Part shown: piece by piece, positions 1-25,380 of the stretch
Numbering within the stretch: the first letter of the stretch is position 1
Layout of the letters: each line of letters starts with the position of its first letter
From: Chrysomallon squamiferum
Taxonomy: Eukaryota; Animalia; Mollusca
Direction of reading: 5' to 3'
NCBI GenBank assembly: GCA_012295275.1
Contig: CM022668.1
Span: forward strand, 10,850,001-10,914,000
Length of the DNA: 64,000 nucleotides
The notes under the pieces: generated by a model
Seen by the model: only the letters and a program-made list of their open reading frames with translations
The model's database searches: none
Told to the model about the DNA's origin: nothing
Program-made: the position numbers and the translations under genes

Positions 1-10670
<10,670 letters not shown>

Positions 10671-10855
10671 GTTGAATTACTATATCCGAAATACCTGTAA
10701 AGTAAATAAGTAAGTACGTAAGTAAGTAGCTAAGTAGGTAAGTAGCAATAATAACAACAACACACTGAAACACACATTACCTTTTAAAGCTAAGATCCAA
10801 TTTACGCGGTATGCGATATGCGTTACAGAAATACATTTAGACGAATGACAGTGAT

Positions 10856-11026
<171 letters not shown>

Positions 11027-13362
11027 AAATGCTACGAATGGCTGTGAATGGCTGCGAAAGGGAAATGATCATGCATTCCATGTTGCAATTCTTGTAGCGA
11101 TCTGTATACAAACTCGTATGGGGAAATACAAACTATGAAGTCTTGGATCGGCTTTTAAACAAAACAAAAAGAAGAACAACAACAAACAAACAAAAACAAA
11201 CAAACAAAATAACAAACAAAAAACACAATAAAACCCACATACAAACAAACAAAAACAACAACAACAAACATTCCAAAAGAAAATACCGGACATCTCAGTG
11301 GATTATCTCGGGATAATCCTTTCCTACACAAATCCAGACTGAAAAAGCGCAAGGAGATACAAAACATGGAAGATCATAGGCTAGAAATTCTAGCTGTAGT
11401 TAAGTTCTATAGTAAGTAGACTAGAACATAATTTACTTGTCGTGTGTACATTTCTTTGTGATACTTGCTCATGTTAAACAAACACATCATTCTGCCAAGA
11501 AGATCTTAAAAAAGAAAACAAACAAAAAAACAACAACAAAAAAACAAAAAAATACAGAAAATAAACAGAATAGATAAAAAAAAATAAAATAAAATAAAAT
11601 AAATACCGCGTTAACTGAATTTTATTTTTTATTTTTGTATGAATTGGCCTCTCTGTGTCTTTATTATTATGTGAGGTTTTTATATTTGATGCTGTTGTTG
11701 TTGTTTTTTCCTGTTTTCCGGTGTTTTCCTTTCACAAAGTGTGTCTCAATGTCTAAACTGTAACTTACTCCCTGACATATGCACATGCGCAAAAGGCCCC
11801 GTCTTACAGACGACCCCTTCCCATCTGTCATTAGAGAAGCAGATTACGCAGTACACTTCCTTCCCATGAATATTTTCTATTACGTCACCCGGGTGGTATC
11901 GTCAATAGCTGGGACACCGGATGACTTTAGTCCAGTACAATAGCACATCGTCAGTCCTTAACTCTGATGACATATTTTTTGGATGTTTTAATGTTGACAA
12001 AATACTGTGTATTTGAAAGAAAGCGTTAATAGTTTCTTAAACTATGCGTGTTTGTATGTGTGTGTATATATGCATATATGTATGTACGTATTTATGTATC
12101 AATATATGTGCTCACACACATACACACGCAATACACATTATTTATTTATTAATTTATTGTTTTCTGTCTTGCTTTTTTTGTTAACATAGTTAAAAAGTTA
12201 ATACAGCATTCCAAGAAACCTACAGCAGTAATAATAATAATAATAATAATAATAAAAGTACAGAGAGAAATATTAAGGTATATATATATTTATTTATTTA
12301 TTTATTTATTTATTTTATTTATTTACTTATTTGCTTGGTTTTGCTATGCAATTCTTTGATCTTATAAACATAAAAATGTAACTAACGCAATAAGATTTAA
12401 TTTTAAATTGGTTACGTTACTTGTCATGATCCCTAAATTATACATTCCTCGCCAATGGCCCTTCCGTATATAGCAACTTTGTAAATTCTTGGATCGACAT
12501 TAAATACATGTTTTGACATAAGCCACATCTTACTAGGTGTGCTATTTCTGAAAGACATATCTTTAACATACACTGGAGATTGCGAATTCTGTTATTTATT
12601 TATCAGTAGTTAATTAGTAATAAAAATAGCAAAAGTGTGAAGCGATAACGAGGCTATGACGTATTAACGCAGGTTTATCGAATTTTCTAGACTGTATCTT
12701 TTGAAATAAAAAGTTTTGTCGTCTGCCTTAGCGCGCAACTTAACCAGCCCCGACTCCCCCCCCCGACCCTCGTTTAACATATGTGATAGCTTCTTTAAGT
12801 GTAACTAGTTCATTAGCACTCATATAAGAGGGATCCTCAATTTAAAAAACGAAATATATCTGACAGTACCAAAATATAATTAATTTTTTATTATTTAATA
12901 ATTATGTTATTTTAAATTTTGGTGTACTACTTCCAAATAGGTATATTCGTAAGAAGAAAAAAAGAAAAAAAAAAGAAAGAAAAGGAAAACGGAAACACAC
13001 ACACACACACAGAGTAATATATTCAAAACTTGCTGTCATGTCTAAATTGTTTCAGCTTAATTCATTAAATAACAATATCATGAACTAAAAACACGAACAA
13101 CAATAACATCAGTAATAATAATAACTACTGTAATATAAAACTTGTATTTTTTGTCTCTCAAACATTCACACACGCACACACACACAGACACTTGGGTATA
13201 AACACACATACTCGCGTGCTCACGTGCACATATACACACGAATGTTTATCCACATACCTATATGTCTTCCTTATCACAGGTGATTGCCAAATGAAGGAAA
13301 ACCATATAGAGAAAAATTATAAAACTAAAATCGAAATCGAAATCTATATGTCTATATATAAA

Positions 13363-13401
<39 letters not shown>

Positions 13402-13631
13402 ACATACACACACGTTTCTAAAACAATTTGCATTATTGTGAACTCTGATTTCATACAATCTATCAAATTAATTTTCTCCTGTTCATATTTCGAGAACTTT
13501 AATTAAAACAAAGAAGATATCTATTTTTCTTACCCTAAAATACAAGTACTGTAATGAATTTACATTTCTGCAATGAAAATGAAATGTTCAGATCTGCTCG
13601 AATCAGCCATTTTATCAGAAATGTTTTCTTT

Positions 13632-13662
13632 TGACGTCACCACCTCGAAAGAAATGACGTCA
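13632..13662. promoter_or_regulatory. Pair of perfect CRE palindromes (TGACGTCA at 13632 and 13655) about 3 kb upstream of the gene A start codon
   Basis: Two exact TGACGTCA 23 bp apart; regulatory function is inferred. Confidence 0.4.
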
Positions 13663-13956
13663 GGCAGTTTTCCGTTGATGAGAATAAAAGTAATGGTCGC
13701 CATCTGTTTTGAGAATTGTTTTGTTCACTGGAATTATTTTATTGAATCTTTAGCGCTTATCTTTACTATTATTATTATTAGTAGTAGTAGTAGTAGTGGT
13801 GGTGGTGATGTTGGTGGTGATATTGGCGGTAGTAGCAATTGTAGTCAAGAGTCAAAAAGACACACACAATTTAAAACCTGATAATCTAAGTGTTAGCACT
13901 TGATAAACTGAGCTTCCAAACGTGTCTGTGTGTAGATGATAAACGTCAAAAAACCC

Positions 13957-14330
13957 TTAAAGCTGGTAAAGAAATGTTTCGTGGTACTCTTCGTCAGTTG
14001 ACTGCCTTTCTGGCGACGTGGGGGCTTTTTCAATATGTATCCCTTCTTTAGGCTCACAGCTTGACGTTGTTGTTTCCGTATCGTCGTATCCATCGTTCTC
14101 GGCAGATGTAGTAGGTGGAGTGACCTCTGCTGTAGTTAGCTTAGGCTCTGCACGAACCGAACGGACGAAATACTTTCTTTTACCAGGACGATAAAGTTTC
14201 TTAACTTGACTTTGGACTCGAATATACATATCTTTTATATATCTCGGACGCCATCTACTAATTCAGTACAATATCAAAGATTATTTTCCAAAACAAGGAG
14301 AGAGAACGATATATATATATATATATATAT

Positions 14331-14393
<63 letters not shown>

Positions 14394-14667
14394 AAGAAAT
14401 AGGATGAGTGTCAAATACAGAGAGGGATCTACACACTATAACTTGATATTCAAATACACTAAAACATACAAAACATACGTTTTATTTAACATAGCATTTA
14501 AATATCAGCACTTAATCATTAAAATTAAACTAACAAATCAAAGTTTTCATCAAATTACCTGTATACACAACAATAAATGGTTGTCCCACAAAGAACAGAA
14601 ATAATCACAACTCCTATTACCAACCTCATGAACGAGCCCAAAGTAACCTTTCGTCCTAAGTAATAAA

Positions 14668-14716
<49 letters not shown>

Positions 14717-14817
14717 GTGATAATTATGATGATGGTGACGATGATAATATGATAATAAAAAAGTAACCATTGAAAAGTGAGTATTTGTTTATGAGCTGTA
14801 TGTGTATGTGTATATCT

Positions 14818-14878
<61 letters not shown>

Positions 14879-15470
14879 TGTGTGTTATATGTGGTAAAAA
14901 GGAGACATGTTCTTCATTTGGAATACTTGGACAGATTTTTAGAGAGAAGCATTCTTCTGACAAAGCTGCTGAACTGTTTCCAGGACAGAATTCGCCTCCG
15001 AAACGAGGAGCAGGTTTGTTACAAAATCGTTCATAGTAGCGGAAACGATGTCCAATACCAGCACAGATCACACTGCAGGGTCCAGTGACGTTCAGTGACT
15101 ATGAACCCCACTGACCGTTCACTGAAATAAATAAACAAATAAATAAATAAATACATAAATAAATAAATAATTTTAAAATAATAATAATATAAACATTTAT
15201 TAATTTAAATACTAGTACTGCGAACACCACTACAGCAACAATTTCTTCTATTTTCTCACTACAGCAACTGCATCGGTTACAACTACTAGTGCTACAACTA
15301 TTAATACCATTACCGCCAGTAGTACTACCACTACTGTTTCCACTGCTAGCGCTAATCTATTACTGCTGCTACTACTACGACTAGTATTACTGCAATTTCC
15401 AACACTACTGCAACTGTTCCTTATCTGTTTATATAAGATTTCGTGTAAATACATTACTACTACTACTATG

Positions 15471-15515
<45 letters not shown>

Positions 15516-15798
15516 TTTTATAATTATTATTTTTGTTGTTGTTGTTGTTGTTGTAGTTGTTGGTGATGCTGCTGCTGTTGGTACTATTGTTATTTTGTTG
15601 TTATTGTACTACACTTAACACAAATTTTATATCAGATTATAACAGCCAAACAAATTGTTAAATAAATAAAGTATTCTTAAGTGATTGGTATCGGATTGAT
15701 TTTACCTGTACACTGCATTTTGTAATATATTTTTATCTTCATCGTATTCCGATTTTTGATTTTTAATCTTTTCACTTTAAATTTTTATTATTACTTGA

Positions 15799-15847
<49 letters not shown>

Positions 15848-17888
15848 TACGTATTTATTTATTTATTTATTTATTTTAAACGCATACTATCAATCTTTCT
15901 AATGTTTTCGAGACGTCGCGGCTAAAAGCAGACGACATTACGTATTTTTTAAGTTGTGCCAACACACGTCAGTTTTATTTAGTGATTGACGAAATAAATA
16001 TATAGAGTAGACCTGGGGTTACTAACTATTTTGAACATGAGACTACTTCATAGGTACTGATTCATACGAAGGACTCTCAGTTTCTTACGCTCTTCTGAAA
16101 TAACAAATCTCTTCAGTTTTTCTTTAGTTATATATTATTATTAATGATACCCATCTATGTGAAGACAATGATCACTTTAATGACTTCTTACAATAATTAT
16201 CACCAATGACTTGGATACAGCTAATATCAATATTCAACCTTTAATTCTATTGATCTCAGTAATTGTTTAAATTTCAGATGATCAGTTCTACGACATTTAA
16301 AACAGAAAAATATCGCATTTTCCCTAACCACTGACAATCCCTATTAATAAATCACGATCTTTGAAAAAAAAAAAACTAATTGTGTAATGTTGAAACAAAT
16401 CATCTTTCTTATTTTTAAATAAATCTTACCACATTTTGTACCTAAGAAGAAATCTGTAGCATTTTAACAAAATTATGTCTGTTTACATTTCATAAACACG
16501 CATTTGAATTAAACAGAATTTTTTTTTTTTTTAATACAACTTCTTCATGGCACTGCCATATTGCCACTGACAACATCTGGTGTTTGTTTCTTTGTTAGTG
16601 GGAAGATTGGCATTGCATGCTGTTCACCAGTGTATTGTAATCTGGTATGTAACTTAACAATGCAATTCTGAGTCAGTCTTGCAGATGTGCATCGATAACG
16701 AGTGCTCTATTTGTTTTTGATGAAGTTCGCGTCAGAAAAGGCTGGGTCACAGAGATAGGTTGAAATAAAATGGCAGCCTTCATTGCTACTGATTTCACCC
16801 AGAAGTGACAAAAAACGAAACAGAAGTCTTACGTCCTCTGCTGAACCATCTGATTTCTGTGTGTAGCAGCAGGTCATCGTATTCAGCAGACATCTCATCC
16901 AAAAGCACCTTGAATATCCTATGCAATTTCGCTTTCGGGCGGATGCTATTTATAATTTTCACAACGGGAGTCGTCAAATGCCCAAAGTCGATCACTTTCG
17001 CACATATCGCCTACGGGTGAATCATGCAGTGGTAATGCAAACATTTGTGAAGTCTGGGTCACCTTAACATTAAGCGATGAAACCTGTATATCGGCCCATC
17101 ATTGCAAGTGCCCCGTCTATTCTCACCACTAGTACTTTTTCCAAAGATACCTTTTTCTGCACGAAAAATTCCTTCACTGCGTTATAAATGTCAACTCCAC
17201 TCGTAGTTGCCTGTAGGGGCAGCTGTGTCAGGAGTATTTCTTTTATTAAAACACCATCCTGATAAATACCAACAGCTGCGCTGTACTGCTGCTGTCAACG
17301 GACTCATCACACTGGATGCTACTCGGTTCCTTCTATAGCTCGACCTCCTCCTCGTCCTCGTGCTAACACCACCACCACTACTACTACTTCCACTGCTACA
17401 GCCACTACCACTACAACTATCACCACCACTGCTACTACTATTATAGCAACACACTATTATATAACTACCACTACCACTACTACTACTACCACAACCACCA
17501 CCACCTCTACTACTCCTACTAATTCCACCACTACCACTACAACAACTAATAATAATAATAATAACCATAATAATAACAATAATAATAATAATAATAATAA
17601 TCATAATAATAACAACAACAATAATAATAATAATGATAATAATAATAATCATAATAATAATAATAACAATAATAATACCTGGACATTCGCTACGGTCTTT
17701 ACATACTGCTGATGATGTTCTGGAGACGTCACCCACGCACTGTTTTCCCCCAAACTTTGGTTTTGGGTTGTCGCATTGACGTGAGAAAAAGATCGTCAGT
17801 CTGCCAGTACCAAACTTTGTATCACACTGTCCTTTCTCAGTGAACACCCAGACATTCCACCCACCAGGAACTGAAAAACTCAAACTGT

Positions 17889-17931
<43 letters not shown>

Positions 17932-18642
17932 TTATTTATTTGTTTGTTTATTTATTTATTTATTATTTGTTTGTTTATTTATTTATGCTATTAATATTTT
18001 TGAATTTATTTTATCTATTTTTAATCTGTTATATTATGGTTATTACAATTATTACTACCACAATTACGATTAGTCGAATACTACTACTAGTTGTACCAGG
18101 ATTAATGTTATTAATTAATTAATTTCGGTTTTTGTTTTTGTTTTTTTGTTTGTTTTTTATATCATTTTTTTTCTCCTTTGGATATAAAAACAGAATGCTG
18201 ATCAAGTTTTCTTGTTGAATGATACCGAAATAAAGAAATAGCATACAAAGAAAAACAAAAAACAAAAACAAAAGTAAGTAAAAGAAATCAAACAATAACA
18301 TTAAGAATGACCGCACCTGGACATTCACTGCGGTCTACACACTTTCTACTCATTGTTGTGGAGTCACTGCCGACACACGGTTTCCCTCCATTCTGCGGCT
18401 CCGGGTTGTCACACTTACGACTATAAAATAACTCCCGTGTCCCAACACCACACTTTGTACTGCAGTATCCCGTTCTAACGTAGCTCCAAGAACCCCACAT
18501 TCCATTTACTTGAAAATTACCGAGAGGAGATATTTCAGATAAATAAGTAACTAAATAAATCAACAAACACATACAAATAAATAATGATAATAATATAAAA
18601 TAAAAATAAATAAAAAATAAAAAATAAAATAAAATAAATGAA

Positions 18643-18677
<35 letters not shown>

Positions 18678-18839
18678 GTAAATAAAGATATACCGTTTGT
18701 GTTTGGATGTCATTTTAGAATAAACTGAACAATAGAAATCTAATTTTAGAAATTATATACCAAGCTCTCAAAAAAGTAATAATGATGATGATAAAAATAA
18801 TAATAACAATAATAATAGTAATCATAATAATAATAATAA

Positions 18840-18870
<31 letters not shown>

Positions 18871-19365
18871 AAGAAGAAGAAAAAAAGAGTAACAATACCA
18901 GGACATGTCTTCGCTTTTTCACATCTTTCTCTTCCAGTTTTCTTGTTAATTCCCGGACAGTTTTCACCTTTTGGTTTTGGTTTTGGATTGTCGCACTTTC
19001 TGCTGTAGCGAGCAACCTGCCACCCAAACCCACATTCCACATTACACTCCCCTTTTTCATCCACCGTCCAAGTACCCCACGCACCGTCACCTATAAAAAT
19101 AGCACTATCCATTAATAGTGTGTGTGTGTGTGTGTGAGTGTGTGTGTGTGACCATGTATGAACGCGTCGGTGTGTGTCTATTTATTTTCTGTCATCTGTA
19201 TGTTAGGTTAGTCTGCACATTGATAATATTTAAGAAAGCACTGGCATAGTAGTGTCCATGTATGTAATTTATTACTGATTAAGGTGACCAGCTGTATTAG
19301 TAGTAGTAGTAATAATAGTAATACAAATAATCATGATGATGATGATGATGATAATAATAATAATA

Positions 19366-19406
<41 letters not shown>

Positions 19407-19855
19407 TAATAATAAAATATTGACTGGCTTCTAGATTTGAGTCTTGTCAAACAACACATCCTTGATCTCGCTCCTTGCTGGAGGATTATTTAAAATTCTG
19501 ATCGTATACGCTGTCAATACTTACGTGTGTCGTATCCTTGTACAATAACTTCACCAAACACCAAACACCAAACACCATCCTGATAAATACCAACAGCTGC
19601 GCTGTACTGCTGCTGTGAACGGACTCATCACACTGGATGCTACTCGGTTGCTTCTATAGCTCGACCTCCTCCTCGTCCTCGTCCTAATACCACGACCATT
19701 ACTACTATTTCCACTGCTACAGCCACTACCACTGCTACCAATACTACTAGCACCACCACTACTACTTCCACTGCAACAGCCACTACCACTACTACCAGTA
19801 CTACTACTACCACCACTGCTACTACTACTAATTCCACCACTACCACTACAACAAC

Positions 19856-19894
<39 letters not shown>

Positions 19895-19899
19895 TAACA

Positions 19900-19934
<35 letters not shown>

Positions 19935-21038
19935 GACAACAACAGTAATAATAACAATAATAATACCTGGACATTCGCTACGGTCTTTACATATTGCTGA
20001 TAATGTTCTGGAGACGTCACCCACGCACTATTTTCCCCCAAACTTTGGTTTTGGGTTGTCGCATTGACGTGAGAAAAACATCGTCAGTCTGCCAGTACCA
20101 CACTTTGTATCACACTGTCCTTTCTCAGTGAACACCCAGACATTCCACCCACCAGCAACTGCAAAACTCAAACTGTTTATTTATTTATTTATTTATTTAT
20201 TTATTTGTTAGTTTATTTATTTATGCTATTAATATTTTTGAATTTATTTTATCTATTTTTAATCTGTTTATTTATGTTATGGTTTATTACAATTACTACT
20301 ACCACAATTACAATTAGTCTAATACTGCTACTAGTTCTACCAGGATTAATGTTATTAATTAATTAATTTCAATTTTTTTTTTTTTTTTTTTTTTTTTTCC
20401 TTTGGATGTAAAAAGAGAATGCTGATCAAGTTTTCTTGTTGAATGATTCCGAAATAAAGAAATAGCATACAAAGAAAAAAAAAACGAAAAAACAAAAGTA
20501 AGTAAAAGAAATCAAACAATGATATTAAGAACAACCGCACCTGGACATTCACTGCGGTCTACACACTTTCTACTCATTGTTGTGGAGTCACTGCCGACAC
20601 ACGGTTTCCCTCCATTCTGCGGCTCCGGGTTGTCACACTTACGACTATAAAATAACTCCCGTGTCCCAACACCACACTTTGTACTGCAGTATCCCGTTCT
20701 AACGTAGCTCCAAGAACCCCACATTCCATTTACTTGAAAATTAGCGAGACGAGATATTTCAGATAAATAAGTAACTAAATAAATCAACAAACAAATAAAA
20801 ATAAATAATAATAATAATATAAAATAAATATAAATAAAAAAAAAAAAATAAAATAAAATAAATGAATAAATAAATTAATAAATAAATAAATAAATAAATA
20901 AGTAAATACAGATATACCGTTAATTTTAGAATAAACTGAACAATAGAAATCTAATTTTGGAAATTATATACCAAGCTCTCAAAACAGTAATAATGATGAT
21001 GATAATAATAATAATAACAATAATAATAATAATAATAA

Positions 21039-21069
<31 letters not shown>

Positions 21070-21346
21070 AAGAAGAAGAAAGAAGAGTAACAATACCAGG
21101 ACATGTCTTCGCTTTTTCGCATCTTTCTCTTCCAGTTTTCTTGTTAATTCCCTGACAGTTTTCACCTTTTGGTTTTGGTTTTGGATTGTCGCACTTTCTG
21201 CTGTAGCGAGCAACCTGCCAGCCAAACCCACATTCCACATTACACTCCCCTTTTTCATCCACCGTCCAAGTACCCCACGCACCGTCAGCTATAAAAATAG
21301 CACTATCCATTAATAGTGTGTGTATGTGTGTTTGTGTGTGTGTGTT

Positions 21347-21379
<33 letters not shown>

Positions 21380-22589
21380 GTAGCCATGTATGTAGGCTTG
21401 GATGTGTGTGTATTTATTTTATGATTTTTAATATTTTCTGTCATATGTATGTTAGGTTACTCTGCACATTGATAATATTTAAGAAAGCACTGGCATAGCA
21501 GTGTCCATATATGTAATTTATATCTGATTTATCTCACCAGCTGTATTAGTAGTAGCAGTAATAATAGTAATAAAAATAGTGATGATGATGATAATATTAA
21601 TACTACTACTACTACTACTACTACAACTACTACTGCTAATACTACTAATAATAAAAACGATAATAATATATTGATTGTCTTCTAGATTTGAGTCTAGATT
21701 TGAACACATCCTTGATCTCGCTCCTTGCTGGAGGATTATTTAAAATTCTGATCGTATACGCTGTCAATATTTACGTGTGTCGTATCCTTGTACAATAACT
21801 TCACAGAGTGTTAGTACATCCCGAGAGTTCACTACACCTGTCTTCCTGATGTAAACCTGTATTCCAGTCTGTTCCTGCTGACATTTAATTATTAATAACT
21901 CTCCTGCCGGGATAGCATCTTCACGATGAATACACAGACCGAAACTGTTGTTCTGCCTCTCAACCTCAATGTAAATATCACGAAGTTCTTCACCTTAAAT
22001 ATATAAAATAAATCAATGAACGAATCTTTCAATCAATCAAAAAATCAATAAAATAAAATGGTTATGACAAAGTTTCCTTTGCTATATATATACCCGATTC
22101 CAACTCTGAATATCATACCAGTCGTGTTCATTGTGAATCAGTATTTTAAAACCTACTTGATTATTTTACACAAAACGAAAAATCACCGTGATGCAAAATT
22201 CCCACTGCTGTCACAGTCACTTCGTTTTCTAAGTTGACATTCCACTGCGGACTTCTGTCGTTCACTAGTGTTCTGGTACAGGATTCGTCCGTAATTCCGT
22301 CCACTGTTACTGATGCTGGTTTGCCATCTGTGCTAGACTGTTTCACAGGCTTTTTCAGTGCCCAGTTGTCAATGGCTAACATAGAAATAAATGCGATACC
22401 TTCACAAAGAGTAGTTTCGCTTTAACATAAGTAAGATAGCAGGAATTACATTTACCGGAATCACTACTTCAGAGAAGTTATTTATTTATTTATTATTTAA
22501 TTAATTTATTTATTTGTATATAATTATTATTATTACTAATACTGATACTAATACTACAACAATGCAAAACTAATAACGACTATCAACCA

Positions 22590-22639
<50 letters not shown>

Positions 22640-23105
22640 TAAGAAGAAGAAGAACAACAAGAACAACAACAGAAACTACATAGATATATAATTGAACGTA
22701 CGCTTGTCGTTTCCCTCTACAAACACTTCACATAAAGTGAGAACAGGTTGATACTTGGAGATGACCAAGAACCTCCCTCTGATAGTCTTTTTGCATTTGA
22801 TGAATGTCAGCTCTCCTGGAGAGAAATGTTTTTGGAAACCGCAAGAAGGACCAACCGGATAATTAGTCAGTTTGTGGGTACTAATTATAACATTATAAAG
22901 TCTCTGTCCTTTTTCAAATAAATAAATAAGTAAATAAATAAATAAATAAATAAGTAGGAAAGGATGTAAATAAATAAAGATAGAAATCATCAGAACGATC
23001 TATATCATTATCATCATCAAAATTCTTAGTAGCAGTAATAGTTTTACTACTTCTATTACTACCACTACTACTATTACTAATGTCATTATTGTTATTATTA
23101 TAAAA

Positions 23106-23158
<53 letters not shown>

Positions 23159-24021
23159 GTGTGTGTCCCTACACATCTGGTGTTTATTCTTTCTCAAATT
23201 CTATATAACTTTGACAGTGCATTTCATACCACAGCAATCACCACGATTAATAATTCCCACCGCTGTGATGGAGATGACTTTTCCGATGTCAACTTTCCAC
23301 CAAGGATACATGTTCGTCGTCAGAGTGTGAGTGCAAGAGAAGTCAAAGAAGTCAGAAGAGTTGTTACCGTCGACTGCAAGATGAGCCGACGACGTGTTCC
23401 ACGTCGTTGACTGCTCTGCATGCTTTCCCAGGGCCCAGTTCACACAAACTGAAACAGACGAACTTTGACGCAATGTTTAGCGCAGCCAATGACAACATCG
23501 ACCCTCTCGGGAACAACGTCGATCATTAATTGTTGAACAGTTAAAAGCATAAACAAACAGCAAACATATAAATATAACGTATATATATAAACAATAAAAA
23601 CATACAAAAAAAAACCCAGTAAACATAAACAAATAATAGAGATATCAATAAATAGTAAACGTATAAACAAGCAGCAAATTTGTAAGCAAGTATTAGGCAG
23701 ATTAAGAGGAATTGTGATCTGTAAGCGATTAACAAATAAGGTCATTCAGAACGGAGGTTCACAGATTCCATTTGGAGGGAGTTATCTTCAAATTCGTTAC
23801 AGTTCAAAATATAATATAATCAGTTAATATCATTATAAGCTAGTGGACTCTATATATAAACATACACACTCTTACACGCACACGCACTCACACAGAGAAT
23901 TACATTTCTGATCAGTCAGGATAAAATACAAATATACTAATATAAATAAATATGTACATTCATACTTACCACAGCGTTTAACCAACTTGTATGTAATTAT
24001 TACCAATATTATCATATTCAT
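13957..24021 (-). pseudogene. Gene B1: FTLD-TSR membrane protein copy (SP-2xFTLD-7xTSR-TM-tail) with two in-frame TAG codons; pseudogene, secreted truncation, or exon-skipping isoforms
   Basis: Exons: 24021-23970 SP; 23448-23230 + 22908-22702 FTLD1; 22375-22187 + 21993-21775 FTLD2; TSRs 21288-21097, 20732-20541, 20158-19967 (TAG at 20030-20028, CAG in paralogs), 19090-18899, 18508-18317, 17870-17679 (Cys->Phe), 15121-14927 (TAG at 15101-15099, TGG in paralogs); TM 14655-14559; tail 14254-13957. Confidence 0.8.
16013..17335 (-). mobile_element. Internally deleted hAT (Charlie/Buster/SPIN-like) DNA transposon remnant in B1 intron
   Basis: Disrupted minus-strand translation with hAT motifs IQCDESVD..AQLLVFIRMVF, DGALAM, HCMIH, VVKIINSIR..LHRIFKVLLDEMSAEYDDLLLHTEIRWFSRG and hATC-like STYLCDPAFS; TIR-like ctggggttactaactatttt at the left edge. 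Confidence 0.85.
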
Positions 24022-24224
24022 AATGGACCGATATGATCTACTAACAAAAAAAAAAAAAAAAGAAAGGAAGAAAGGAAAGAAAAATGAAATACTATGAAAA
24101 TTAATAATAATAATAAAATAATAATAATATTAATAGTTCGAAATGGATACTTTCTATCTGTTAAGCTTGATGTTTGGATCCGATTTCGTAAATGAACGAA
24201 CCAAATAAGTTTATGTTGTTGACA

Positions 24225-25068
24225 TGACGTCACACGCCAACGACCCACCCTTGGCAAGTCATGGGTGTTGCCCTATTTTTGATAATGTCTATATAAAGAA
24301 TTAATTATGTTTCGTGTTCACCAAAATGACTGACAACTTCGTTATCACTGCTCGCAACATAGCAACGGTCCGATGATGTTAAAAGACGTGGCATGACGTA
24401 AGTTTTGTATTCTGTTAAACAGACGTGTTTTTCGAAGTTGCTTTACTGTTATTTATTTTTAAAGCAACGTGTGTGAATAACAAGAAACCCCCAAACAGGT
24501 AAAACACAAAACTGTGAACCATGACCACAGTTATTTTATATATATATATATGTTTGTGATATGAGAAATAAAACTGTTAATTAAATTATTTGTTTTATTC
24601 TGTAGGTAATATATTCTTGCTTTGTATGTGTTTCTACAAATGGACCGCAACATCTGAACGTGATGTTGTAAATTAGGAGCTAAAAATATAAATAGTTTTC
24701 CGTATTTTGGTTTTCAGTTTCATTATAAGTTAAATTTGTTTGATGAACGCTTAGGGTGTTTACACACAAATTTTTATAGAAGTTAAAATAAATAAGTGCA
24801 TGGAGATACATTTTTTTAAATTACATCCGAGCTTTCCTGACTCTCTATTCTTCATGGGCGTCTAAGCCAAAGTTATTAATTCTTTATTTACTTATTTGTT
24901 TCTTTGTGTCTTTGTTGATTTGTATATTTTAATTTTCCAGATTTAAATAAATAAATAATTCAATCAATAAATAAATAATAAAATAATGAAACACTAACCA
25001 GTTCAAAAGACTTTTGAAGGCTACTTTGAAAAGTATCGGAGTGACGTCAAGAGAAAATGATTACGTCA
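24225..25068. promoter_or_regulatory. Putative B1 promoter region with CRE sites (TGACGTCA 24225, 25042; TTACGTCA 25061) and a TATA-like element near 24290
   Basis: Sites retained in B2 (34455, 35258) and B3 (45171, 46049); immediately upstream of the SP exon. TSS not demonstrable. Confidence 0.4.
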
Positions 25069-25277
25069 TAAATAATTACATCCGGAGTGAATTATCCAGG
25101 TTACAGGGGAAAAAAATACAGAATGACAATGTTTACGTCTTTGTGTATTGACTGCTGTTATGCAGACTCTTCAGATAACATCTTCTGTATAATTTGAAGA
25201 AAATAGTGAAATAAAATTCAGAGGTGAATGAATTTCTGTCTGTGTGACAGAGAGAGAAAGAGAGGTGGAAAATAATA

Positions 25278-25320
<43 letters not shown>

Positions 25321-25341
25321 GCAACAGTTATTATAATTATA

Positions 25342-25380
<39 letters not shown>

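Noticed and set aside
11438-11495. Upstream ATG-containing putative exon of gene A (MMCLFNMSKYHKEMYTRQ)
   Set aside because: Splicing to the SP exon hits an immediate in-frame stop; at most a 5'UTR exon or uORF, so not included in the CDS.
13893-14093. Overlapping ORF MDTTIRKQQRQ... conserved in three copies
   Set aside because: Alternative frame of the B tail exon; conservation is explained by recent duplication.
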